Shown here: piece after piece, positions 19,689 through 28,125 of the stretch | How the letters are laid out: each line of letters opens with the position of its first letter | How positions within the stretch are numbered: the stretch's first letter is position 1 | Source of the DNA: a virus | Lineage: Duplodnaviria; Caudoviricetes | Virus record (IMG/VR): IMGVR_UViG_3300017911_001490 | Location: 1-64,000 of that record | Strand: one strand, 5' to 3' | DNA length: 64,000 bases | Notes under the pieces: model-generated | What the model saw: the letters and a program-made list of their open reading frames with translations, nothing else | Told to the model about the DNA's origin: nothing | Database searches by the model: none | Made by a program: the position numbers and the translations under genes

Positions 19689-19928
19689 TTATCCTTTAGT
19701 ACCGTATTTCCCTGAGAATTGGTATCGTTCTGTTCCGCCACCTTTTCCTTCGAGTTTGTACTTTTCTTTACCTTTTTCATATATTGGTCCGGCTACCTCC
19801 CCGTTCGTTAATGATGGATATACACGCGCATACATTTGCATTACCTCCTCAGGCTTCAGGTGATGACCGAGATCTTCAAGCACCCGATCACCAAAGATGA
19901 ACTCACGCTTTGTTTTCTTCAGGCTCAT
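19689..19928 (-). CDS. PRTRC-system protein C (ubiquitin-like)
   Basis: REF.F....L.D.....PEEV...YA..YP.L...V.GP...GTKG-COOH pattern. Confidence 0.88.
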   Translation of the reverse strand: MSLKKTKREFIFGDRVLEDLGHHLKPEEVMQMYARVYPSLTNGEVAGPIYEKGKEKYKLEGKGGGTERYQFSGKYGTKG

Positions 19929-20473
19929 AGGTCATCCAAGGAGAGTGCTTTCTCCTCTGCTTTCTCCACTGCTGATTTGAGTTCTTTGGTTTCCTCCTTC
20001 GGTGGCTCCTCCTTCGGTTCCTCCTTTGCTAGTCGATCAGGCTCATCATCAAGATTCAAGTCCTGTTGGTCAGCACTCTCGGCTTGCTTCTTGCGCAGTT
20101 CCTCACGCTGTTCAGCTTGAGTCTTCTTCTTCCTGGTTGTTGTGGTCTTGCCCGCAGGCTTCTTGGCTGCCACCTTCTTCTGCTTTGAAGCAACTGCACC
20201 CTTAAGTTTTTTCTCCAACTCAGTCAGGTCAGTTGTGGCGGCAACCATTGGGTCTCTGTAATCATTTAAGTCCTTAGTGAACTCCTGATTAGAGAAGTTG
20301 GATAGGTCATAGCACTTGGTCATAGCACCTTCTAGTACCTTACGATCCTCATCCGGTAGTTTGATGTCTTCCTTTAGTGTAGGAATGACAACTACATGTA
20401 ATAGTTCCCCGTCCAACTGGAGATCTATATTTAGTCTGTGTGTTTTTAGCAGTGGTATGTATTCAGTGATCAC
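19925..20473 (-). CDS. PRTRC-system protein E
   Basis: Beta-rich N-terminus (LNIDLQLDGELLHVVVIP) and K/A/E-rich tail; canonical position before C. Confidence 0.7.
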   Translation of the reverse strand: MITEYIPLLKTHRLNIDLQLDGELLHVVVIPTLKEDIKLPDEDRKVLEGAMTKCYDLSNFSNQEFTKDLNDYRDPMVAATTDLTELEKKLKGAVASKQKKVAAKKPAGKTTTTRKKKTQAEQREELRKKQAESADQQDLNLDDEPDRLAKEEPKEEPPKEETKELKSAVEKAEEKALSLDDL

Positions 20474-20871
20474 TGTATTTTCCTTTCTCTGTGTGTTTTA
20501 GTGTAGACCTTGCGAATGTCTTCCTCTTTGAATCCATCCCCGTAGTCTTTTAATTTGTCTACCGTGTCGTCTATGCAACCCGTGTAGTATGCTTCATGGT
20601 TTTCTAGTTCGCGCAGTATGATCTGCTCGGCAGTATGATCCTTCTTGTCCTGGGCAATGCCTTCATCAATGATGTTACTGATACCATCTATTAGTTCTTT
20701 GCTCTTGTCCTTGGGTACAATCATACCTGCACCAAGATGTGAATACTTCACACCCTCGACAGCATGATCTTTGAACTGGAACTTATTGAATGCATAGAAA
20801 GCACCGAGGCGCTTCATCAATGCGTCATGCTTATCCTCAATATAATCAGACAGGTATTTTAATCCCTCCAT
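20470..20871 (-). CDS. Hypothetical phage protein
   Basis: Coupled ORF, GAFYAFN...QF...GAG. Confidence 0.65.
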   Translation of the reverse strand: MEGLKYLSDYIEDKHDALMKRLGAFYAFNKFQFKDHAVEGVKYSHLGAGMIVPKDKSKELIDGISNIIDEGIAQDKKDHTAEQIILRELENHEAYYTGCIDDTVDKLKDYGDGFKEEDIRKVYTKTHRERKIQ

Positions 20872-21302
20872 AATCTCATTTCCTCCGCTGTCTCAATCCT
20901 ATCGTGGATAGGAAAGGCACCAGGATACCTGATCCCTATCTTTGTGTAGACATAATCGCTCACTCTTGAGTCTCCCGAGTAACAGAAGTTACCCCCGAAC
21001 ATCACGCTACCTCGTTCTTCAGTGTCCATGGTTCTATCGTCCTCGATCCATTCATCCTTGAGTTCAGAATCCATACGCTTACGAGCGGGCACTACCTTAC
21101 AGTACTTGCTCACCTTATCGCATATCAATAAGACTGGGTAGTACTTGTCGCAGGGTTCGAAGGGACATTTAAATCCATGCACATCATGAGTAATATTCAC
21201 AATGCACACACCCTTGTATTTATATTTGGGACCACTGAACCCACCCTTCGTGGTGTCAGTGCCAAGGAAGCGATCTGTGTATATACTAGCTATAAGCCCC
21301 AT
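20859..21302 (-). CDS. Conserved-looking hypothetical protein
   Basis: MFGGNF..S.DSR...PIHDR.E pattern. Confidence 0.6.
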   Translation of the reverse strand: MGLIASIYTDRFLGTDTTKGGFSGPKYKYKGVCIVNITHDVHGFKCPFEPCDKYYPVLLICDKVSKYCKVVPARKRMDSELKDEWIEDDRTMDTEERGSVMFGGNFCYSGDSRVSDYVYTKIGIRYPGAFPIHDRIETAEEMRLWRD

Positions 21303-21528
21303 CGTAGCAATGCCTCACTCCTACACATTCAATTCTTGAAACCAGGTCTTCGCGACGCTCTCTAACAAGGTAATCCCTGTCGGTCTCGCATCGTACCATA
21401 CATGAGGTAAGTCCGAGTTCATCAATCGCAATGATCTTAGATACATTGAGTGTAAGAACCCTTGATTCCTCCTTACCCTTTGCTCCAGTATAGTGGTGCC
21501 TGATGGTTAATAACTGAGTGCCAGTCAT
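21286..21528 (-). CDS. Hypothetical protein
   Basis: Coupled ORF. Confidence 0.55.
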   Translation of the reverse strand: MTGTQLLTIRHHYTGAKGKEESRVLTLNVSKIIAIDELGLTSCMVRCETDRDYLVRERREDLVSRIECVGVRHCYDGAYS

Positions 21529-22391
21529 AGTTCGTCCATACCTCCTTCTTTCTTTGGAGCCTTGAGTGCCTCGATCTCGGCATTGTGCTTCATGATGAAT
21601 TGCTTCATCTTCTCACGCTTGGTATCCAAGTCCTTGATCTGGTCTTGCATCTCCTTGACGACCTTGCCTAGCTTGAGTACAGCATTCTCGAGCTTCTCAG
21701 CTATATCTATATCGAACTGTTCAGTGATACCACCTTGTAGCTTGTCGATCTCTTCTACCATTACCTCACGAACGAAGCATCTAAGCATACCGGTCAGTGT
21801 TGATCCATGAGACCCAGCTGGATACTGATGGTTGGCTAGCTCACTACCAAACTTAGCTTTACGCTTAGTGTTAGCCTTGGCTTCCTTGGCTTCCTCCACC
21901 CTGTCGGGTATCTCCTTGACCTGTTGGTCAACCACCTGATCGACTGCCTCACGCTCTTCACGCTCGACTACTTCATCGTGTGTTTCTTCGTCATCATCAA
22001 TGAGGTTAGTAACATCCTCGTATGTTGAGTCATCATCCTTGACTTCCACCTTGTCAGCACCTGCACTGATAACAGGAGGTCGATCAAACTCACCAGCCAT
22101 GGTACGCTTGATCCAGTCCTCATATATCTTTGATGCAATCTTGGCATAGAACTCCTTGCGTTGTGCTTCATCGCGTGGTGGTTCCTCACCTTCGGGCCAA
22201 TATGGATTAACTGTACCATCTGCAAGTCTTGGCTTGATATACCTGGCGTGATCACCAAGGAAGAAGATTACATTGGTTAGTGATGGGTCGAGTGCGGTTA
22301 AGCACTTGTCTCGGAAACGAATCTTTACTTCGTCCCCGTGTTTTGCTTGGCGCTCATCGAGTGCCTGATTTAGTTTTTCAGAGAGTTGCAT
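21525..22391 (-). CDS. Hypothetical protein with coiled-coil C-terminus
   Basis: Probable start MQLSEK at 22391. Confidence 0.65.
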   Translation of the reverse strand: MQLSEKLNQALDERQAKHGDEVKIRFRDKCLTALDPSLTNVIFFLGDHARYIKPRLADGTVNPYWPEGEEPPRDEAQRKEFYAKIASKIYEDWIKRTMAGEFDRPPVISAGADKVEVKDDDSTYEDVTNLIDDDEETHDEVVEREEREAVDQVVDQQVKEIPDRVEEAKEAKANTKRKAKFGSELANHQYPAGSHGSTLTGMLRCFVREVMVEEIDKLQGGITEQFDIDIAEKLENAVLKLGKVVKEMQDQIKDLDTKREKMKQFIMKHNAEIEALKAPKKEGGMDEL

Positions 22392-23121
22392 ATTCTTCTG
22401 ATCTCTTTCTATTTTTGATTTGGATTGTGCTAAGAAGTTTGTCGAAATGCTTGAGTGAGGCGCGAATATCCCCACCGCCGTTTTCAACGCAGATCTTAGC
22501 GGCTTTAAGTTTAAGTTGAGCATTCTCTTGTTGATCTAATCCTTTCTTCATCTGCACACCCTTGAGGCACATCTTAGCCAACTCCATAGCTAGCTCATTC
22601 GTGGGTATCTTGGGTGCTTCATACCATGTGAACCTAGATGCAAACTTCGGAGTCAAATGCTCAGCTTTCTCCGATGCGGACATCTTTTCGTACTGGTCCC
22701 GATGGCAGGGTTTCTTGTTGGTAGTTACAAAGAACGCGTATGACTTAGGCATCTCGTCCTGTAACCAGTCATGCAGGCTGTCCTGCACATCCTTGTGAAT
22801 CCGATCACACTCATTGACGAGTATCGCTCGGCGAGAGCCGAACATAAATGTCGTAGCTGACTGCTCCTCCCATTCATTAGTGGTAGCCATAGTTACCTTG
22901 GCACCCTTAACGACTTGGTAATTGAGCGGATCATCTATCCATTCCCTCGCGAGCATGTCAGCGATAGTGGTCTTACCTCTGCCTTCATACCCATGAATCA
23001 GAAAACACCGCTCGCCCTCGGGCTGTCCGAGTGCGTATCTGATGAGTTCTGCTTGGGTTCGGATTCCGTCTCCGATGAGTTCATCGAAGCTTTTGGGTTT
23101 CCATGTTGCCCATGTTTGCAT
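22378..23121 (-). CDS. Clamp-loader-like (DnaX/RFC clade) AAA+ ATPase, short form
   Basis: W.PKSFDELIG, GYEGRGKTT, LVNECD, FVTTN, SRF, GDIRAS motifs. Confidence 0.8.
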   Translation of the reverse strand: MQTWATWKPKSFDELIGDGIRTQAELIRYALGQPEGERCFLIHGYEGRGKTTIADMLAREWIDDPLNYQVVKGAKVTMATTNEWEEQSATTFMFGSRRAILVNECDRIHKDVQDSLHDWLQDEMPKSYAFFVTTNKKPCHRDQYEKMSASEKAEHLTPKFASRFTWYEAPKIPTNELAMELAKMCLKGVQMKKGLDQQENAQLKLKAAKICVENGGGDIRASLKHFDKLLSTIQIKNRKRSEEYATL

Positions 23122-23294
23122 CTCTTATTATTTTCCTCCTCCCACTGACGGATGTACTCCTCGTGGTTTAGTTGCTCCATTGGTTTATCTTCCAACGGAA
23201 GGTTATCTTTTGCTCCTCTCATAGCGTCACGAATCATGTGTTGCACGAAGACCTCCGGGTCCCCGATAACATCCTTTATGTGCGTTACACCCAT
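22998..23294 (-). CDS. Hypothetical protein
   Basis: Co-directional; 3' part overlaps the AAA+ gene start. Confidence 0.4.
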   Translation of the reverse strand: MGVTHIKDVIGDPEVFVQHMIRDAMRGAKDNLPLEDKPMEQLNHEEYIRQWEEENNKRCKHGQHGNPKASMNSSETESEPKQNSSDTHSDSPRASGVF

Positions 23295-23590
23295 GCGAAC
23301 GACTCCAGTTCATCGACATGCTCACCATCCTGACTAAGCATAAGCCAATCATACTCGGCGGGTATCCGTTCGAGTAGTTCATGTATGAATTGCCTGGAGT
23401 ATCCTTTCTCCTCCAACCACTTGCGTGTATGCTTATTGGATGCAGGAGTCGTATCGAACATAATACCCTCTTTATGATTGAGGTGTAGTACGAAGAAATC
23501 CTCCTCCTTCTTGAGTAGTAGGAAGTCACTTGGTTTGATGTGAGCGATATCAAGATGCAGAAAGGAGAATGCCTCCTGTACTGCGATCAT
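23285..23590 (-). CDS. Hypothetical protein
   Basis: Coupled ORF. Confidence 0.55.
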   Translation of the reverse strand: MIAVQEAFSFLHLDIAHIKPSDFLLLKKEEDFFVLHLNHKEGIMFDTTPASNKHTRKWLEEKGYSRQFIHELLERIPAEYDWLMLSQDGEHVDELESFAWV

Positions 23591-24267
23591 CGGAACTTAT
23601 ACTTGGTATGCATACCCAAGTTCATCGACTGCTTACGGGTTAGATCGTAAGGAAGGGTAGCATCCACCACGACAACACCCTCCCAGTTGTATGCAGAGGA
23701 AGTATTGATCGCCACGAAATGCTCATAAGCATTCTTCATAGTATCAAACGCATCCTGTGCATGCACCTCGTCCCACACAGGGAACCGAGTAACTAGCCAA
23801 GGCATATCAATCATTGACACGAAAGGATCAATAGTTGGCACATCGACTAGGTTGCGGCGCGTGTGATAGTCGACAATCGACCCATCGCATACATCAATGA
23901 TGCAAGCACGCTTATGCCTACATGAGTACTCCAAGTCCCACCACTGCACGGTGGAATGAGAGCATTGCAGAAGGACATCATGTATGTCTCCCTGTACTCC
24001 CTTGTCCATGCGTGTATACTCTTGGGTCTTCCGGTTATATACATTCCCATTACGATCCATGAGGACACGGTCTGAGTCCGCATCCATCTTAGGTGTACCC
24101 ACCTCATGGTCACGCACGGTGACATGGTATGAGCCTGTGGTTGCACGGGGTGGATACCCGATGCTCACATTGATACGGTCAAGTATATGTCCCTGCGTGT
24201 AGTGATGTCCTTTATGGGGCATAGTTAATGGTGTGACCATTAGTGTACCTCCTCCATATGGTAACAA
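23587..24267 (-). CDS. Hypothetical protein
   Basis: 226-aa co-directional ORF. Confidence 0.55.
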   Translation of the reverse strand: MLPYGGGTLMVTPLTMPHKGHHYTQGHILDRINVSIGYPPRATTGSYHVTVRDHEVGTPKMDADSDRVLMDRNGNVYNRKTQEYTRMDKGVQGDIHDVLLQCSHSTVQWWDLEYSCRHKRACIIDVCDGSIVDYHTRRNLVDVPTIDPFVSMIDMPWLVTRFPVWDEVHAQDAFDTMKNAYEHFVAINTSSAYNWEGVVVVDATLPYDLTRKQSMNLGMHTKYKFR

Positions 24268-24467
24268 TCAGCATCCTGGTTGGCGGGCCAATCCATTGGA
24301 TGTTTACTTGGGGTGATGAAGTAATTACCTACGGCTTTACCATCAAACATTACCGTGCCTGACGCTTGCCCATCCCTTACCTCTACTGATATTTGCTCGA
24401 CAGCATTACCCAACTGCGTGGGTGTCATATCCGTCAAGCCTGTGTCTATTTCAACTTGTAGCTTCAC
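24240..24467 (-). CDS. Hypothetical protein
   Basis: Co-directional ORF. Confidence 0.5.
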   Translation of the reverse strand: MKLQVEIDTGLTDMTPTQLGNAVEQISVEVRDGQASGTVMFDGKAVGNYFITPSKHPMDWPANQDADCYHMEEVH

Positions 24468-24705
24468 TTGCTACCTCCTTTACTACTTGTATTGATTTTA
24501 GTCGTTTAGCTTCCATTAGAAGCATTATGAATGCACTATACTCGGGGTACCTGTTCTTAATGAACGAGGGAACCTCAAGCATTGTGATTTCACCCGTTGT
24601 AACACGGGTTTCTCCTGCCTTCTCAATGCAGTCCAAGATTATCTTGGCATCACTGAGGGCATCTATTCTATCGGGATCGCAGTCCCAAACCTGTACTCTA
24701 TCCAT
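24451..24705 (-). CDS. Hypothetical protein
   Basis: Co-directional ORF. Confidence 0.5.
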   Translation of the reverse strand: MDRVQVWDCDPDRIDALSDAKIILDCIEKAGETRVTTGEITMLEVPSFIKNRYPEYSAFIMLLMEAKRLKSIQVVKEVASEATS

Positions 24706-25072
24706 GATCTTCTATCTCTAGCACCACATCCTCGGGTGCTAGCCTTTCTTGTTTATGTGTGAAGTAGTATCCTTGAGCCTTGTATCTCTCAGGGAACTCT
24801 TTGATGAACTGCTCCGCTTCCTCACGGGTTTCACATGTAGTGGCAGGTATGCCATCTGTTCTGTTCCATACGGTGAATCTTGGGTGAGGTTCGGGAGGGT
24901 CTATGATGTCTTGTATCTGTACCAACCTTCGTATTGCCTCTTCACCTACTTGAAGTGCATCAAGGGCTGCCTGTACGACATCCATACCCTTCTCACTGAG
25001 GAACACTGGGTCCTTGATCCAAATCTCGAGATCCTTACGAGCCTTGCTTAGTTGCTTGTAGTCTCCTGACAT
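24698..25072 (-). CDS. Hypothetical protein
   Basis: Co-directional ORF. Confidence 0.55.
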   Translation of the reverse strand: MSGDYKQLSKARKDLEIWIKDPVFLSEKGMDVVQAALDALQVGEEAIRRLVQIQDIIDPPEPHPRFTVWNRTDGIPATTCETREEAEQFIKEFPERYKAQGYYFTHKQERLAPEDVVLEIEDHG

Positions 25073-25125
25073 ATCGCTTCATCCTTTCTACATTTATGGG
25101 TTTTGTGTTGTAGTATATGCACATG

Positions 25126-25947
25126 CTATCGTCCTTTCACTGTGTACTCGGGTATGTCTGCGATGTCCCAACCAACAGCACCGGACGCACCCTGTTGCAC
25201 ATCGAAGTGTGGTGTGGGTAGTAGTGACATCAGTTGCCCATCCCACTTGTCAGGTAATCCCTGAGTGAGTGGTCCAGGATATGTTGTCCATACCTCATCA
25301 TCATCGCCCTCATTTTCACCGGGACCGACGATCAACCAGGCACCATACTCATCATCTTTTGTACACTCAGACACAGCTATGCTGTCTATGTTATCCGAGG
25401 TGATCTCATACTTACCTGTCTTGACCGAAGGCATCACGAGAATGTTATGAAGATCAATGCACTTCTGAAGATCACGATAATGCACAAACGGTGTTGTCCA
25501 TTTGCTAGTCTTATTAATCTCACTCACTGTAGCAGGCATCCGTTGCATCCATTGACGCAAGGTCAGTATGTTCTGACTAGCGTATGGAAACACAGCAGAT
25601 AACTGCTTCGCAGTCACTGCATAGTATGTGCAGTCAGGACGCATAGCTTTGTTCAGCTCGTCATCCTGTCTACGAGAGTTAACCTCCCTCCAAGGAAGAA
25701 TAGCAAACCCATTAAGCGGTAGCCTCTTAGCCTCACCACTGATTAAGGGAACGAATGTATCTATGTCGCTCAACTGAGCCTCACCCTCATGCTCGATACT
25801 GCCCCACACTGAGCCACCTATACGCTCTTCAGATAGTATCTTGGCACGCTTGGGCTGTTGCCTGGCGGTGGTAAAGAACGCTTGTTGCACTCGTTGATTT
25901 ACCCACACAGCGGGCAAATGCTTAGTATTTAAGTATCCTTCTTCCAT
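25126..25947 (-). CDS. Hypothetical protein
   Basis: 273-aa co-directional ORF. Confidence 0.6.
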   Translation of the reverse strand: MEEGYLNTKHLPAVWVNQRVQQAFFTTARQQPKRAKILSEERIGGSVWGSIEHEGEAQLSDIDTFVPLISGEAKRLPLNGFAILPWREVNSRRQDDELNKAMRPDCTYYAVTAKQLSAVFPYASQNILTLRQWMQRMPATVSEINKTSKWTTPFVHYRDLQKCIDLHNILVMPSVKTGKYEITSDNIDSIAVSECTKDDEYGAWLIVGPGENEGDDDEVWTTYPGPLTQGLPDKWDGQLMSLLPTPHFDVQQGASGAVGWDIADIPEYTVKGR

Positions 25948-25949
25948 GA

Positions 25950-26579
25950 TTAGTTCCTCTGTGCTTGGGCAATCTTAGCCTTGTATTGATCTATTGATCT
26001 CTGAACTAGCGTGACGATTGCGTTGTAGTCCTCTGGGTGGAGATAGTTGTTAAACTTCTTGTTGCTTGGTCGGCACATAAGGTGCAACTCCTCGAACGGA
26101 ACAAACTTCATGTCAGTGATTGCCGGATCACGCTTAGCCGAGAAGTCGATCTTGTCCAAGTCTTTGCATAACCCCAAGTAGTAGGTGAACTTCCTCTCGG
26201 GACCAAACCAACCGAGCTTGACGGTACCTGGCTCCCCATCAGGGCGACAACCGAATGTAGGGCGCGTAATAGTCGTGCTTAAAGGCACATACTCATCCTT
26301 AGAGGACAAGTCTTTATCCTTTGCATACACGAAGCGATGCTTAGGCATACCCACATTGGTAATCGTAGATAATCTTTCTCCTCCCTTAAGGACGGAGTTG
26401 TAACCAGTCTCCTCTCGCAGTTCACGCGAAGCAGTTTTAATAGGATTACCACCATCCACTTCCTCCATGCGTCCCTTTGGTGGACACCATGTTCTTCCAT
26501 GCTGTTGTACAAGTAGGACGCGGGTTGGGTCTGTTGGCACCATACCGAAACTTGGTAAGGGTTTATGATTAAGGGTCAT
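25950..26579 (-). CDS. Nudix hydrolase
   Basis: Nudix box PKGRMEEVDGGNPIKTASRELREETGY; probable start MTLNHK at 26579. Confidence 0.85.
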   Translation of the reverse strand: MTLNHKPLPSFGMVPTDPTRVLLVQQHGRTWCPPKGRMEEVDGGNPIKTASRELREETGYNSVLKGGERLSTITNVGMPKHRFVYAKDKDLSSKDEYVPLSTTITRPTFGCRPDGEPGTVKLGWFGPERKFTYYLGLCKDLDKIDFSAKRDPAITDMKFVPFEELHLMCRPSNKKFNNYLHPEDYNAIVTLVQRSIDQYKAKIAQAQRN

Positions 26580-26608
26580 ATATTTCTTCCTAACATTTAT
26601 AAGGTTAA

Positions 26609-26630
26609 GTAACACGTAAAATCGTGTTAC
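26609..26630 (-). promoter_or_regulatory. 22-bp phage regulatory palindrome, copy 4
   Basis: Perfect arms GTAACAC-N8-GTGTTAC, upstream of the Nudix gene. Confidence 0.75.
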
Positions 26631-27022
26631 AAGATAGACACACCTGCATGAGCAAGTGCATCAGCCATGCCGTTGTTAAAACGACGATCCACACCACGAC
26701 CTGCACCGGGAACTCCCTTTGGTGTGGCCCTAAACTCCGCTTTCTTGCCACGACCCGTGACAGAAAACTCGAAGTGTTTATTGAACCATGCACCGACTTC
26801 ACGACGGAAGTCAGCATCGTACCGCTTTTTGCGCAGATACTCTGTACCGGCATGCTTGCCGTATTTACTACGACCCTCGCTTGACGCCAGGAACATAGAC
26901 ACCGTCTCATCAGACGGATAGCATTTCCCATTGGCATACGTAAAACCTATGCCTAACTTCTGCTGCGCACTGGATTGTGATGGGAAGCGCAACACTCTCC
27001 CACTTTTTGATTTTATACTCAT
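26627..27022 (-). CDS. Hypothetical protein
   Basis: 131-aa basic ORF. Confidence 0.6.
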   Translation of the reverse strand: MSIKSKSGRVLRFPSQSSAQQKLGIGFTYANGKCYPSDETVSMFLASSEGRSKYGKHAGTEYLRKKRYDADFRREVGAWFNKHFEFSVTGRGKKAEFRATPKGVPGAGRGVDRRFNNGMADALAHAGVSIL

Positions 27023-27134
27023 TGTATTTGTATTTGTGGTTTGTAAGTAGCACTACAGGGCGACATAGGTGTCACCACAGCACTACTTGGTGAAATATAT
27101 CGGAGGTTAAGAGTATCCGCGGGAGCAAACATCA

Positions 27135-27437
27135 TCATCCTCCATGCCTAGTAGGCGATATACGAGCTAAACAAGTCCCATAGTTCTGTCTCCTGGTCAG
27201 ATTAATGACACGCTTGGAGATCTTGAACACCTCACGTTCGGTCTTACCCGACGCAACAGAGACCCATTGAGAGCCCGCAGCTTCGTCCAATGCATCTTCC
27301 TGCTTTTGTCGTACTTCAGTAGGAGTACTGAGTATGTCAGCAGGAGACGCACTGGGTAGATTGTTGATTGTATTATCCATAAAGAGTGAGCCGCTTCGAT
27401 AGCGCGTGATAGTCACGCATCCTCGACAAGTAGGCAC
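27135..27437 (-). CDS. Hypothetical protein
   Basis: Co-directional ORF; start uncertain. Confidence 0.35.
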   Translation of the reverse strand: MPTCRGCVTITRYRSGSLFMDNTINNLPSASPADILSTPTEVRQKQEDALDEAAGSQWVSVASGKTEREVFKISKRVINLTRRQNYGTCLARISPTRHGG

Positions 27438-27465
27438 AAAAAAGCCGACCGTTTCCGATCGGCTC
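27438..27465 (-). terminator. Rho-independent terminator
   Basis: Minus strand AGCCGATCG-GAAA-CGGTCGGCT followed by a T run, just after the 27474 stop. Confidence 0.8.
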
Positions 27466-27473
27466 TTTTGTAA

Positions 27474-28049
27474 CTACCTGTTACGCTTGCGAGGTACTTC
27501 TCTCCAAAATGACGATACTCCATTCGGATTGTATATACGATGGTACTTGTTTTCCCGTGTATAATACTCGATCGCATTGTTGATCTTGTTGTTATGTGAC
27601 TCAATAAACTTGTCATAATTGATGCAATCCATCGCCGCTTCATAGTTGCCACTCTTAGCGTGTATTACTCGCATCGCATATGTAGGATTCGGATTGCCAC
27701 CATATGATTGGTATTTGCCAAACCTAGTTGGAAATGCGATACCACTAATTGTAACTTGACGATTGCAATTGCGTTTATGACCACGTTGTATGATGGTCCC
27801 GCCCCAAGATTGAAAACCTTTTATCTTAACACCATCTTGAAACCATATCGCACGCTCAATGCGTTGAGCCTTGAAGCCTTGACGATTGGGACCATTGTGC
27901 TTGCGAACGCATCTTTGTGCTTCCGAAAACATTTTGGTTGCCGTCAAGCCTAGCTTGCGAGGTTTTAATGATTTGAGATAGCGTTGTTGCCTACGCAACT
28001 TCTTAGCTTTCCAACGGGGTGAGCCTTTACGGTCTCTTGCTTTACTCAT
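27474..28049 (-). CDS. Basic hypothetical protein
   Basis: 191-aa K/R-rich ORF. Confidence 0.55.
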   Translation of the reverse strand: MSKARDRKGSPRWKAKKLRRQQRYLKSLKPRKLGLTATKMFSEAQRCVRKHNGPNRQGFKAQRIERAIWFQDGVKIKGFQSWGGTIIQRGHKRNCNRQVTISGIAFPTRFGKYQSYGGNPNPTYAMRVIHAKSGNYEAAMDCINYDKFIESHNNKINNAIEYYTRENKYHRIYNPNGVSSFWREVPRKRNR

Positions 28050-28125
28050 TGTTTGATCCTTTCGTTACATTGTTGATGGTGAAAGGGGTGGCGACCATAG
28101 CCTCGCCTAGCATGGGTAAGAGATA

